DNA from: Clostridia bacterium
GTDB lineage: Bacteria > Bacillota > Clostridia > Monoglobales > Monoglobaceae
Assembly (NCBI GenBank): GCA_045595345.1
Contig: JAZOAF010000110.1
Coordinates: forward strand, 1-56,594
DNA: 56,594 nt
Direction: 5' to 3'
Part shown: positions 40,766-49,127 of the stretch, one piece after another
How positions within the stretch are numbered: position 1 is the first letter of the stretch
Layout: each line of letters opens with the position of its first letter
Program-made: the position numbers and the translations under genes
Notes under the pieces: generated by a model
Told to the model about the DNA's origin: nothing
Databases searched by the model: none
The model's input: the letters and a program-made list of their open reading frames with translations, nothing else

Positions 40766-40804
40766 TTAAAAATAAAAGCGACTATTCATTTGAATAGTCG
40801 CTTT
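40766..40804 (-). terminator. terminator after the tRNA gene
   Basis: AAAGCGACUAUUCA / UGAAUAGUCGCUUU stem followed by a U-rich tract on the minus strand. Confidence 0.8.
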
Positions 40805-40806
40805 AT

Positions 40807-40883
40807 TGGTGGATCTTCAGGGACTCGAACCCCGGACCAACCGGTTATGAGCCGGTTGCTCTAACCAACTGAGCTAAAGATCC
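40807..40883 (-). tRNA. tRNA with CAU anticodon (Met-type; sequence most like the lysidine-modified tRNA-Ile2)
   Basis: 77-nt cloverleaf GGATCTT/AAGATCC acceptor, GCTC/GAGC D stem, ACCGG-CTCATAA-CCGGT anticodon arm, CGGGG-TTCGAGT-CCCTG T arm, A73, encoded CCA. Confidence 0.9.
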
Positions 40884-40896
40884 GAAAGCATTTCTT

Positions 40897-40925
40897 ATTA
40901 TACTTAATATATCCCCTTTTGTCAA
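40897..40925 (-). promoter_or_regulatory. sigma-A promoter of the tRNA gene
   Basis: Minus strand exact TTGACA (40925-20), 17 nt, TATAAT (40902-897), 13 nt before the tRNA 5' end. Confidence 0.65.
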
Positions 40926-41018
40926 GACTTTTGTGAAATTTTTATTAAATTAAAAAATAAGCTTTTTTTATCATAATCTTTGAAAAGAAATGCAAAATAT
41001 ATTTGAGGGGGAATTGTT

Positions 41019-41120
41019 ATGTTTGATTTAACAAAACTTTCTTTTTCAGAAATGTATGCATTTTATAAAGTCTTTTATAAAGGCGGTAAAACGAATGATT
41101 CTTCAACCTATTACAGCTGA
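41019..41120 (+). CDS. possible 33-aa small ORF in the murA leader
   Basis: Not in the ORF track (<60 aa). ATG is 7 nt after GAGGGGG. MFDLTKLSFSEMYAFYKVFYKGGKTNDSSTYYS. The stop codon lies inside an 8-bp hairpin (41116-41135). Confidence 0.3.
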   Translation: MFDLTKLSFSEMYAFYKVFYKGGKTNDSSTYYS

Positions 41121-41175
41121 GGCGTTTGCCTCAGCTCAAAGCCCAAAAGTTACATAAAACAAAGGAGAAGGGGAA

Positions 41176-42426
41176 ATGGGAAAGTTTTTGGTAAGTCAGG
41201 CAGATGGTATCAAGGGGAGCGTTAAAATAAGCGGGTCAAAAAATTCCGCTCTTCCCATAATAGCTGCATCAACTTTATGCGGAGAAAAAGTAAAGCTAAA
41301 AAACATTCCTCATTTAAGCGATGTAGAAAATTTATGCGAAATTATTTCACATTTAGGAGGGGAATATAATTTTGAAGCCGGAAGTGAACTTGGAATTGCT
41401 TTAAAAGATATAAAAGATTACAAAGCCCCTTATGATACTGTTAACAAGTTAAGAGCATCCTTTCTTATAATGGCACCGCTTCTTGCGAGAAATAAAAAGG
41501 TCAGAATACCTCTTCCGGGAGGTTGCCCTATCGGTACAAGACCAATCGATTTGCATCTTAAAGGCTTTTCGGCAATGGGGGCAAAAATAAGCACAGGTCA
41601 TGGCTTTGTTGAGGCTAAATGTAAAAAGCTTATGGGCGCTGAAATTTACCTTGATTTTCCAAGTGTTGGGGCGACTGAAAACCTGATGATTGCGGGGAGT
41701 GTTGCAGAGGGAAGGACTGTGATTGAAAACTGTGCAACTGAACCTGAAATTGTTGATTTAGCAAACTTTTTAAACAATATGGGAGCAAAGGTGGAAAATG
41801 CAGGCACGGATAAGATAACTATTTATGGTGTAGATAGACTGTCACCTTGTGAATATTCAATTATACCTGACAGAATAGAGGCAGGAACATTCCTTACAGC
41901 AGGATTGATGCGAGAGGCAGACTTAACCATTGAAAATATAGTTTGCGACCATTTAAGACCGGTTATTGCAAAGTATACAGAAATGGGGGCGAAGATTGAA
42001 GAGGGAGTTAATTTTCTTAAAATCAAATCCGATGGTAAAATGACAAACACCGATATTAAGACATTGCCGTTTCCCGGCTTCCCGACGGATATGCAGGCGG
42101 CTGCAACATCGCTTATGTGCACAGCGGAGGGAAGAAGCGTTATGGTTGAAACTGTTTTTGAAAATAGGTTTTTGCATATCCCTGAGCTTTGCAGAATGGG
42201 CGCGAAGATAAAGGTTGACGGAAGAACAGCAATTATTGACGGAGGACAGCTTACAGGTACGAAAGTAAAAGCCACCGACCTTCGTGCAGGGGCAGCCCTT
42301 GTCCTTGCAGGAATTTGTGCAAAAGGGAAAACTGAAATTGATAATATTGAATTTATTGAAAGAGGTTATGAAGATTTTGACCGAAAGTTAAAAGAAATTG
42401 GAGTTAATATTAAAAAAGTGCAATAA
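41176..42426 (+). CDS. murA: UDP-N-acetylglucosamine 1-carboxyvinyltransferase
   Basis: 'GSKNSALPIIAAS', active-site Cys in 'LPGGCPIGTRPIDLHL', 'FPGFPTDMQA', 'DLRAGAALVLAG'. Confidence 0.95.
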   Translation: MGKFLVSQADGIKGSVKISGSKNSALPIIAASTLCGEKVKLKNIPHLSDVENLCEIISHLGGEYNFEAGSELGIALKDIKDYKAPYDTVNKLRASFLIMAPLLARNKKVRIPLPGGCPIGTRPIDLHLKGFSAMGAKISTGHGFVEAKCKKLMGAEIYLDFPSVGATENLMIAGSVAEGRTVIENCATEPEIVDLANFLNNMGAKVENAGTDKITIYGVDRLSPCEYSIIPDRIEAGTFLTAGLMREADLTIENIVCDHLRPVIAKYTEMGAKIEEGVNFLKIKSDGKMTNTDIKTLPFPGFPTDMQAAATSLMCTAEGRSVMVETVFENRFLHIPELCRMGAKIKVDGRTAIIDGGQLTGTKVKATDLRAGAALVLAGICAKGKTEIDNIEFIERGYEDFDRKLKEIGVNIKKVQ

Positions 42427-42452
42427 AAAAAGAGTGCCACAGAGGCACTCTT
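42424..42452. terminator. hairpin between convergent murA and glnN (strong on the minus strand)
   Basis: AGAGUGCC-acaga-GGCACUCU; U7 follows on the minus strand. Confidence 0.75.
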
Positions 42453-42457
42453 AAATT

Positions 42458-44551
42458 TTATCTTACTCCGAAAAGTAAATCGCCATATGATGGATATGGC
42501 CAGAAATCAGATGCAACCATAGTTTCGAGCTCGTCGGTTGTTTTTCGGAGAGCTTCCATTGCAGGAATTATATCGTTCTTACACATAAATGATAATTCGC
42601 ATTTATCAGTTGTTGCATCGGCTTTCGCCATAATCTCTTCTAAGGTTTTGAGATTTCTGTAAAGGTCTCCTGTTAATAAAGAAACGGTCTGAGCAACATC
42701 TTCTTCGTAAGAACGGTCTAACTTGTTGGAAAGAGCCTTCTTTGTAAGAGCTATATCGGCAAGCTCTCTGCCGTAAGACGAAACCGCAGGAAGAATATCC
42801 TTTTTAACCATCTCAATCATCGTAAGAGCTTCAATGTTAATAACCTTGCAGTAATGCTCTAAATTAATTTCGTATCTTGCACGAAGCTCAACCTCGCTTA
42901 GTACCTTATGTTTTGTAAAGAGCTCAATACTCTTTTCACTGATAAGAGCAGGAAGAGCATCAGGAGTTGTTTTGAGGTTTGAAAGACCACGCTTTTCAGC
43001 TTCTCGGGTCCACGCATCATCATAGCCGTTTCCGTTGAAGATAATACGCTTATGCCTTTTGATTGTGTCAATAATAAGCTCGTTTAAAGAAGTTTCGAAA
43101 TCTTCTGCATTTTCGAGGATGTCTGCAAATCTTTCAAGAACATCGCCAACTGCTGTATTGATTATGAAGTTCGGTTCTGCAACAGAAAGAGAAGAACCAA
43201 GCATACGGAATTCAAATTTATTATTTGTAAATGCAAATGGACTTGTTCTGTTTCTGTCAGTTGTATCCTTAGAAAATCTGGGAAGAGTATGTACACCGAT
43301 TTTCATAAGAGTTTTTTCTTTGCTGTCATATTCCTGACCACGCTCAATTGCGTCTAAAACTTCGTTGAGTTCGTCTCCTAAGAACATAGAGATAACAGCA
43401 GGCGGAGCTTCATTAGCCCCAAGTCTGTGGTCGTTTCCTGCACTTGCAACGGATGCACGAAGTAAATCCTGATATTCATCAACCGCTTTGATAATAGCGC
43501 AGAGAAATAATAAAAATTGCGCATTTTCATATGGTGTTTCGCCTGGGTCTAAAAGGTTAACCCCCGTGTTTGTAGAAAGAGACCAGTTGTTGTGCTTACC
43601 GCTTCCGTTTACGCCCTCAAAAGGCTTTTCGTGGAGAAGACAAACCAAGTCATGCTTTTTAGCAACCCTTTGCATAAGTTCCATAGTAAGCTGGTTATGG
43701 TCGCAGGCAATATTTGTTGTTGTAAAAATAGGAGCAAGCTCGTGCTGAGACGGAGCACCCTCGTTATGCTCTGTTTTAGATAAAATTCCTAGTTTCCACA
43801 GTTCTTTGTTAAGGTCTTTCATATATGCCTTAACCCTTGGCTTTATCTGACCAAAGTAGTGGTCATCAAGTTCTTGCCCCTTTGGAGGCCTTGCTCCAAA
43901 AAGAGTTCTTCCTGTATAAACCAAATCTTTTCTCTGCTCAAAAAGCTCTTTGGGAATGAGGAAGTATTCCTGCTCAGGTCCGACTGTTGTTTTAACGGAT
44001 GTAACATTTTCGTTTCCAAATAGTTTTAACACGCGAAGAGCTTGTTTCCCAATATATTCCATAGAACGAAGAAGCGGAGTTTTCATATCAAGAGCTTCTC
44101 CGCCGTAAGCACAAAACGCAGTCGGAATACATAAGGTATCATCTTTTATGAAAGTATATGAAGTCGGGTCCCATGCTGTATAGCCTCTCGCTTCGAATGT
44201 GGCTCTGATACCGCCTGACGGGAAAGAAGATGCGTCAGGCTCCCCTTTAACGAGTTCTTTACCGGAAAATTCCATAATTATTTTTCCGTCTTTTGTAGGA
44301 CAGATAAAGCTGTCGTGCTTTTCGGCAGTAACCCCTGTTAAAGGCTGGAACCAGTGAGTAAAGTGAGTTGCGCCTTTTTCAATAGCCCAGTCTTTCATGG
44401 CTGTTGCAACAACATTGGCAATAGTAATATCAAGCTTTCTGCCGTCTTGAATTGTCTTTTGCATAGCCATATAGGTTTCCTCAGGAAGCCGTTCTCTCAT
44501 AACGGTATCGTCAAAAACCATAGAGCTGAAAATTTCGGTTACATTGCTCAT
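42458..44551 (-). CDS. glnN: glutamine synthetase type III
   Basis: ~700-aa GS with N-terminus '[16 protein letters not shown]', 'GPEQEYFLI', '[15 protein letters not shown]', '[18 protein letters not shown]', as in Clostridia/Bacteroides GSIII. Confidence 0.9.
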   Translation of the reverse strand: MSNVTEIFSSMVFDDTVMRERLPEETYMAMQKTIQDGRKLDITIANVVATAMKDWAIEKGATHFTHWFQPLTGVTAEKHDSFICPTKDGKIIMEFSGKELVKGEPDASSFPSGGIRATFEARGYTAWDPTSYTFIKDDTLCIPTAFCAYGGEALDMKTPLLRSMEYIGKQALRVLKLFGNENVTSVKTTVGPEQEYFLIPKELFEQRKDLVYTGRTLFGARPPKGQELDDHYFGQIKPRVKAYMKDLNKELWKLGILSKTEHNEGAPSQHELAPIFTTTNIACDHNQLTMELMQRVAKKHDLVCLLHEKPFEGVNGSGKHNNWSLSTNTGVNLLDPGETPYENAQFLLFLCAIIKAVDEYQDLLRASVASAGNDHRLGANEAPPAVISMFLGDELNEVLDAIERGQEYDSKEKTLMKIGVHTLPRFSKDTTDRNRTSPFAFTNNKFEFRMLGSSLSVAEPNFIINTAVGDVLERFADILENAEDFETSLNELIIDTIKRHKRIIFNGNGYDDAWTREAEKRGLSNLKTTPDALPALISEKSIELFTKHKVLSEVELRARYEINLEHYCKVINIEALTMIEMVKKDILPAVSSYGRELADIALTKKALSNKLDRSYEEDVAQTVSLLTGDLYRNLKTLEEIMAKADATTDKCELSFMCKNDIIPAMEALRKTTDELETMVASDFWPYPSYGDLLFGVR

Positions 44552-44624
44552 AAAATCTCTCCTTAAAATAACGGATATAAAAAGGTGCTACAAGAACGAA
44601 ATTTATAGCATCACAGTTAGAAAT

Positions 44625-44653
44625 ATTATACGGCTTTTTCCCACGATTGTCAA
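44625..44653 (-). promoter_or_regulatory. sigma-A promoter of glnN
   Basis: Minus strand exact TTGACA (44653-48), 17 nt, TATAAT (44630-25). Confidence 0.6.
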
Positions 44654-44708
44654 GGGTTTTGAGCACAATATGCGTATAAAAAAGTAAGGCTTTTGATGAT
44701 TTAAATTG

Positions 44709-44737
44709 TTGACACGGATAAATTTGTATGTTATAAT
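44709..44737 (+). promoter_or_regulatory. sigma-A promoter of the SCIFF operon
   Basis: Exact TTGACA (44709-14), 17 nt, TATAAT (44732-37). Confidence 0.6.
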
Positions 44738-44773
44738 AATAAAAAACCGAAATTCGTAAAGGAGATGCTTAAA

Positions 44774-44926
44774 ATGAACAGAATTAAAACAATCGATACT
44801 CGCGACCTTACAAAGAGTGTTAAAGACGGCGGTTGTGGCGAATGCCAGACATCTTGTCAGTCTGCTTGTAAAACATCCTGCGGCGTTGCTAATCAGGAAT
44901 GTGAAAAGTGCGTAAGCAGCAAGTAA
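44774..44926 (+). CDS. SCIFF-type (six-cysteine) ranthipeptide precursor peptide
   Basis: 50-codon ORF absent from the track; RBS AAAGGAG. MNRIKTIDTRDLTKSVKDGGCGECQTSCQSACKTSCGVANQECEKCVSSK carries the SCIFF core 'GGCGECQTSCQSACKTSC'. It sits directly upstream of a radical-SAM/SPASM enzyme. Confidence 0.88.
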   Translation: MNRIKTIDTRDLTKSVKDGGCGECQTSCQSACKTSCGVANQECEKCVSSK

Positions 44927-44941
44927 TTTGATTTAAAATCA

Positions 44942-44974
44942 GGGGCTGTAGCATTGCTATGGCCCCATTTTTTT
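44942..44974 (+). terminator. intra-operon terminator/attenuator between precursor and maturase
   Basis: 11-bp stem GGGGCUGUAGC/GCUAUGGCCCC (two G-U pairs) then A + U7. Confidence 0.7.
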
Positions 44975-44988
44975 GGAAAGGCGTTAAA

Positions 44989-46368
44989 ATGATACATCAG
45001 TATAAATTAAACGGATATAACATTGTTCTGGATGTTTTCTCAGGGGCAGTACATCTGGTTGATGAACTGTCTTATGATATAATTGAAATGTATGAAGAAA
45101 AATCCAAAGAGGAGATTTCTTCGTTCATCCTTGATAAATATAAAAATGAAAACATCACTGAAAAGGATATTGATGAGGTTTTTGAAGATATAGAAGAGCT
45201 TAAAAATGACGGGAAGCTTTACTCAAAGGATGTTTATGAGGATAAAGCTTTTGATTTGAAAAACCGTCATACGGATATTAAGGCTTTTTGTCTTCATGTT
45301 GCTCATACCTGCAATTTAAACTGCGATTATTGCTTTGCAAGTCAGGGTAAATACCACGGCGACAGAGCGCTTATGAGTCTTGAAGTGGGTAAAAGAGCTA
45401 TTGATTTCCTTATTGAAAATTCAGGAAACCGAAAAAATCTTGAAGTGGACTTCTTTGGCGGTGAGCCGCTAATGAACTGGGATGTCTGCAAGGAGATTGT
45501 TAAATATGCAAGAGAAATTGAGAAAGAGCATAATAAGAATTTTAGATTTACCCTTACCACAAACGGCGTACTTTTAGATGACGATGTTATTGACTTTGCA
45601 AACCGTGAAATGCACAATGTTGTGCTCAGCCTCGATGGAAGAAAAGAAGTTCACGATAGCCTGAGGAAAACTGTAAACGGCCAGGGAAGCTATGACATAA
45701 TTCTTCCTAAGTTCAAGCATTTTATTGAGAAAAGAGGAAATCGCGGATATTATATGCGAGGCACTTTCACTCATAATAATGTTGATTTTACCAATGATAT
45801 TTTCCATATGGCAGATATGGGATTTAAAGAACTTTCTATGGAGCCTGTTGTCTGTGCTCCTGATGACCCGTATGCCTTAACTCAGGAAGATTTACCGGTT
45901 TTATTTGAGCAGTATGAAATTCTTGCTAAGGAAATGCTTAAAAGAAGCCGAGAGAAAAATGGTTTCACATTCTACCATTATATGATTAATTTATTAGGCG
46001 GGCCTTGTATCTATAAGCGGATTTCCGGTTGTGGCTCGGGAACTGAATATATGGCGGTTACCCCGTGGGGAGAACTATTCCCTTGCCATCAGTTTGTCGG
46101 GGATGAAAAATACAGTATGGGTGACATCTGGAAAGGTGTTACTAATACCAATGTCAGAGATGAATTTAAACTCTGCAATGCTTACGCCAGAAAAGAATGT
46201 AAAGATTGCTGGGCAAAGCTTTATTGCAGCGGCGGATGTGCGGCAAATGCTTATCACGCGACTGGCTCAATAACAGGGGTTTATGAATATGGCTGTGAGC
46301 TTTTCAAAAAGAGAATTGAATGTGCAATAATGCTTGAAGTTGCTAAAATCCAGGAAGGAATTGAATGA
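44989..46368 (+). CDS. SCIFF radical SAM/SPASM maturase
   Basis: 'CNLNCDYC' CX3CX2C cluster, 'FFGGEPL', C-terminal SPASM cysteines 'CGSG...CHQF...CKDCWAKLYCSGGCAA'; ATG 44989 is chosen because the 44959 start lies inside the terminator hairpin. Confidence 0.88.
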   Translation: MIHQYKLNGYNIVLDVFSGAVHLVDELSYDIIEMYEEKSKEEISSFILDKYKNENITEKDIDEVFEDIEELKNDGKLYSKDVYEDKAFDLKNRHTDIKAFCLHVAHTCNLNCDYCFASQGKYHGDRALMSLEVGKRAIDFLIENSGNRKNLEVDFFGGEPLMNWDVCKEIVKYAREIEKEHNKNFRFTLTTNGVLLDDDVIDFANREMHNVVLSLDGRKEVHDSLRKTVNGQGSYDIILPKFKHFIEKRGNRGYYMRGTFTHNNVDFTNDIFHMADMGFKELSMEPVVCAPDDPYALTQEDLPVLFEQYEILAKEMLKRSREKNGFTFYHYMINLLGGPCIYKRISGCGSGTEYMAVTPWGELFPCHQFVGDEKYSMGDIWKGVTNTNVRDEFKLCNAYARKECKDCWAKLYCSGGCAANAYHATGSITGVYEYGCELFKKRIECAIMLEVAKIQEGIE

Positions 46369-46370
46369 AA

Positions 46371-46401
46371 ATAAAGCCTCATTTTGAGGCTTTATTTTTT
46401 T
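46371..46401 (+). terminator. terminator after the maturase
   Basis: AUAAAGCCUC-auuuu-GAGGCUUUAU followed by U6. Confidence 0.85.
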
Positions 46402-46464
46402 GTCTATAATTTGTGTTATAGAAAAATTCTTTTGTGAATAAAGATTATATAAAGGAGGGATAGC

Positions 46465-46998
46465 ATGGATAAAAAGCTTGTAAGATGGGAGTGGATTGGA
46501 GCAGGAATATGCTTCTTGCTTTCGATACCGCTGCATTTTTTATTTGACTTTATAGGCGGAGAGCCACTTTGGGTTGGCTTTTTTGTAAATGTAAATGAGA
46601 GCGTTTGGGAACATTTAAAGCTTCTTTTTTATCCTGAAATTTTGGTTGGTATTATCCAATATTTTATAGTGGGTAAAAACTATGAAAACTATGTAAGTGC
46701 AAAAATAATAGGGATATTTTTAGGAATGCTTGGCATAGTAGTTTCTTTTTACACCTATTCAGGAATTATAGGGGATAATTTTGTTGTTGCTGATATTCTG
46801 ACCTATGTTTTTGGTGCTGTTGTTATGGCAATTACAACCATAAAAGTTACTAAAAGCGGCAAGGGTGCAAACTATAAAAATCTGCTAATCGTTGCCCTAA
46901 TCGTTATGGGAGTTCTGTTTGCCGTATGGACATATAATCCGCCGTCACTGGGAATTTTTGAAGACTATGCACCGGTTTTTCTTTTGAATATGTTCTAA
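46465..46998 (+). CDS. uncharacterised multi-pass membrane protein
   Basis: RBS AAAGGAGGG; ~5 hydrophobic helices; 'NESVWEHLKLLFYP' motif; no function recognised. Confidence 0.6.
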   Translation: MDKKLVRWEWIGAGICFLLSIPLHFLFDFIGGEPLWVGFFVNVNESVWEHLKLLFYPEILVGIIQYFIVGKNYENYVSAKIIGIFLGMLGIVVSFYTYSGIIGDNFVVADILTYVFGAVVMAITTIKVTKSGKGANYKNLLIVALIVMGVLFAVWTYNPPSLGIFEDYAPVFLLNMF

Positions 46999-47051
46999 AT
47001 GGGGACAAAGCCTAATAAACTAGAAATATCAAAAGAAAAGGTGGATTAGCT

Positions 47052-47984
47052 ATGGAAAAACGAGTTAAAGAAATTTTTGCGGTTCTTCCCGACAATCTTA
47101 AATGTTTACTAAAAGAAGCGCTGACGCAATCCTGCGGAAGTCTTGAAGAAATAAGGATAAGGGTAAATCGCCCGCTTATAATAAGTACCTCCCTCGGAAG
47201 TTTTGCCGTTTTAACAGACGGCAGTATCTCTCCAGCTATTGGGGGTGCTTATATTATAACTGAAAATGATATAAAACGAATTTTTTGTGCCCTTTGTGAG
47301 AATTCAATTTATGCCCACACAGAAGAAATTAAACAAGGATACATAACTATAAGAGGCGGGCACAGAGCAGGCTTTTGCGGGAAGACAGTAGTGAGTTGCG
47401 GTAATATCGAAACCATTAAAGAGATAAACGGAATAAACATCAGAGTTGCATCAGAGCGGATAGGAACAGGCGGGGAATATATAGATGCCGTTTTAAAAAA
47501 TGGTAAAGTTAAAAATACATTGATTGTTTCTCCGCCGGGAGTAGGAAAAACAACACTTTTAAGGGACTTAACAAGACTTATATCCCATTCGGGCATTAAG
47601 GTTTCTGTTATAGACGAGAGAGGGGAAATCGGCGCTCTTTACAGAGGCGTTCCTCAAAATGATATCGGAATTCAGACGGATATAATAGAGGACGCCCCAA
47701 AGAATAAAGCCATTCCCCTTATGCTAAGGTCTATGTCTCCCCAGCTTATTGTCTGCGACGAGCTTTCTACGGAAGGGGATGTTGAGGCGGTCAAAAAGTG
47801 TTTTGGTATGGGCGTCAGCGTTATTGCAAGTGCTCACGGAGGAAGCTTGGAGGAGATTAAGAATAATTGTCATTTAAAGAGAATTCTTGGCAAAAACGGC
47901 TTTAATCAGGTTATAGTTTTAAGACGGAATAATAAAAGCCATATCAAAAAAGTTGTGGGCGAGATTTTTGAGGTGGAAAAGTGA
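47052..47984 (+). CDS. spoIIIAA: stage III sporulation protein AA (ATPase)
   Basis: 'EIRIRVNRPL', Walker A 'SPPGVGKTTLLRDL', 'IVCDEL'; first gene of an 8-gene array. Confidence 0.92.
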   Translation: MEKRVKEIFAVLPDNLKCLLKEALTQSCGSLEEIRIRVNRPLIISTSLGSFAVLTDGSISPAIGGAYIITENDIKRIFCALCENSIYAHTEEIKQGYITIRGGHRAGFCGKTVVSCGNIETIKEINGINIRVASERIGTGGEYIDAVLKNGKVKNTLIVSPPGVGKTTLLRDLTRLISHSGIKVSVIDERGEIGALYRGVPQNDIGIQTDIIEDAPKNKAIPLMLRSMSPQLIVCDELSTEGDVEAVKKCFGMGVSVIASAHGGSLEEIKNNCHLKRILGKNGFNQVIVLRRNNKSHIKKVVGEIFEVEK

Positions 47985-48502
47985 TTTTAAAGCTTATTCT
48001 TTGCGGTGTTATTGTTGCAGGTTTTGGATACATGGGGCATTTGGCGGGAGAAAAACAAAAGGACAGGTTAAGGCAACTTGCTTCATTTTCGGACGGTCTT
48101 ACAATGCTTGAATTCAATATAAAATATATGAATTATCCTATTGCAAAGGCTTTGGAGAGTGCCAGTGAAAACTGCAACGGGGTAGTAAAAAAAATATTTT
48201 ATGAAACAGGGAAACTTTTGCAAAAGGATTATGGAAGTAACCCGGGGGAGATTTTTAACAGAAAGATAGAAGAGAATAAAAAGCTTTTAAGCCTTTCTCC
48301 CGATGAAATCGGAATTTTAAGGAGTTTTTCCAAAACTCTCAGCGAGGGCGACACCGATACTGAAATAAAGAACATTCAGGCGGTAAAAACCCGTCTTGAA
48401 TCGGCTCAAAGCGATGCCACGGAAGAGGTTAATAAAAAAGCAAAGGCTACAAAAAGTATAAGCCTTCTGGCAGGAGTGTTTATTGTTATTCTCCTTTTAT
48501 AA
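47981..48502 (+). CDS. spoIIIAB: stage III sporulation protein AB
   Basis: GTG start overlaps the AA stop; N- and C-terminal TM helices; position and size match SpoIIIAB. Confidence 0.85.
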   Translation: MILKLILCGVIVAGFGYMGHLAGEKQKDRLRQLASFSDGLTMLEFNIKYMNYPIAKALESASENCNGVVKKIFYETGKLLQKDYGSNPGEIFNRKIEENKKLLSLSPDEIGILRSFSKTLSEGDTDTEIKNIQAVKTRLESAQSDATEEVNKKAKATKSISLLAGVFIVILLL

Positions 48503-48519
48503 ATTAACGAGGTGATAAA

Positions 48520-48717
48520 ATGACGGGGGTAGATTTAATATTCAAGGTTGCGGCAATCGGGATACTTGTTGCGGTGCTTAATCTGCTTCTTGTAAGAAGC
48601 GGAAGAGAAGACCAGGCGATGCTCACAACCATAGCAGGACTTATTGTAGTTTTGCTTATGGTAGTACAGCAGATAAGCAATCTGTTTGACACCATAAAAA
48701 GTGTCTTTGATTTATAA
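48520..48717 (+). CDS. spoIIIAC: stage III sporulation protein AC
   Basis: 65-aa two-TM protein 'IFKVAAIGILVAVLNLLL...SGREDQA'. Confidence 0.9.
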   Translation: MTGVDLIFKVAAIGILVAVLNLLLVRSGREDQAMLTTIAGLIVVLLMVVQQISNLFDTIKSVFDL

Positions 48718-48719
48718 AT

Positions 48720-49112
48720 ATGGATATAGAAAAAATTATTGGAATTGGAATAATTGCGGTGCTTCTTTCTGTACTGCTTAAAAACTATCGGCCTGAAATT
48801 TCAGTTTCGATTTCTATAATATCTTGTGCGGTTATGCTTGCCTTGATTGGACCGTACTTTAAAACAGTGACAGCCTTTTTTGTTGATTTGTCGAGGCAAA
48901 TAGGAATTGAAATGCAGTTTATGATTATCGTCGTAAAAGTTATCGGCATAGCATTTATAACACAAATTGGTGCAGAAATTTGTAAGGATGCAGGAGAAAC
49001 GGCAATTGGAACAAACATTGAAACCTGTGGGAAGATAATAATTATTGCAATGTCTATGCCCATAATTTACAGACTTTTTGATGTGGTGGGTAAAGTTATT
49101 AATGTAGCTTAG
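48720..49112 (+). CDS. spoIIIAD: stage III sporulation protein AD
   Basis: 130-aa four-TM protein, 'ITQIGAEICKDAGE'. Confidence 0.9.
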   Translation: MDIEKIIGIGIIAVLLSVLLKNYRPEISVSISIISCAVMLALIGPYFKTVTAFFVDLSRQIGIEMQFMIIVVKVIGIAFITQIGAEICKDAGETAIGTNIETCGKIIIIAMSMPIIYRLFDVVGKVINVA

Positions 49113-49127
49113 CAAAGGAAAAGAAAA

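Noticed and set aside
46999-47051. Sigma-E/sigma-G type promoter in front of spoIIIAA
   Set aside because: One is expected biologically, but the 53-nt spacer gave no convincing match to the -35/-10 consensus by eye, so none is reported.
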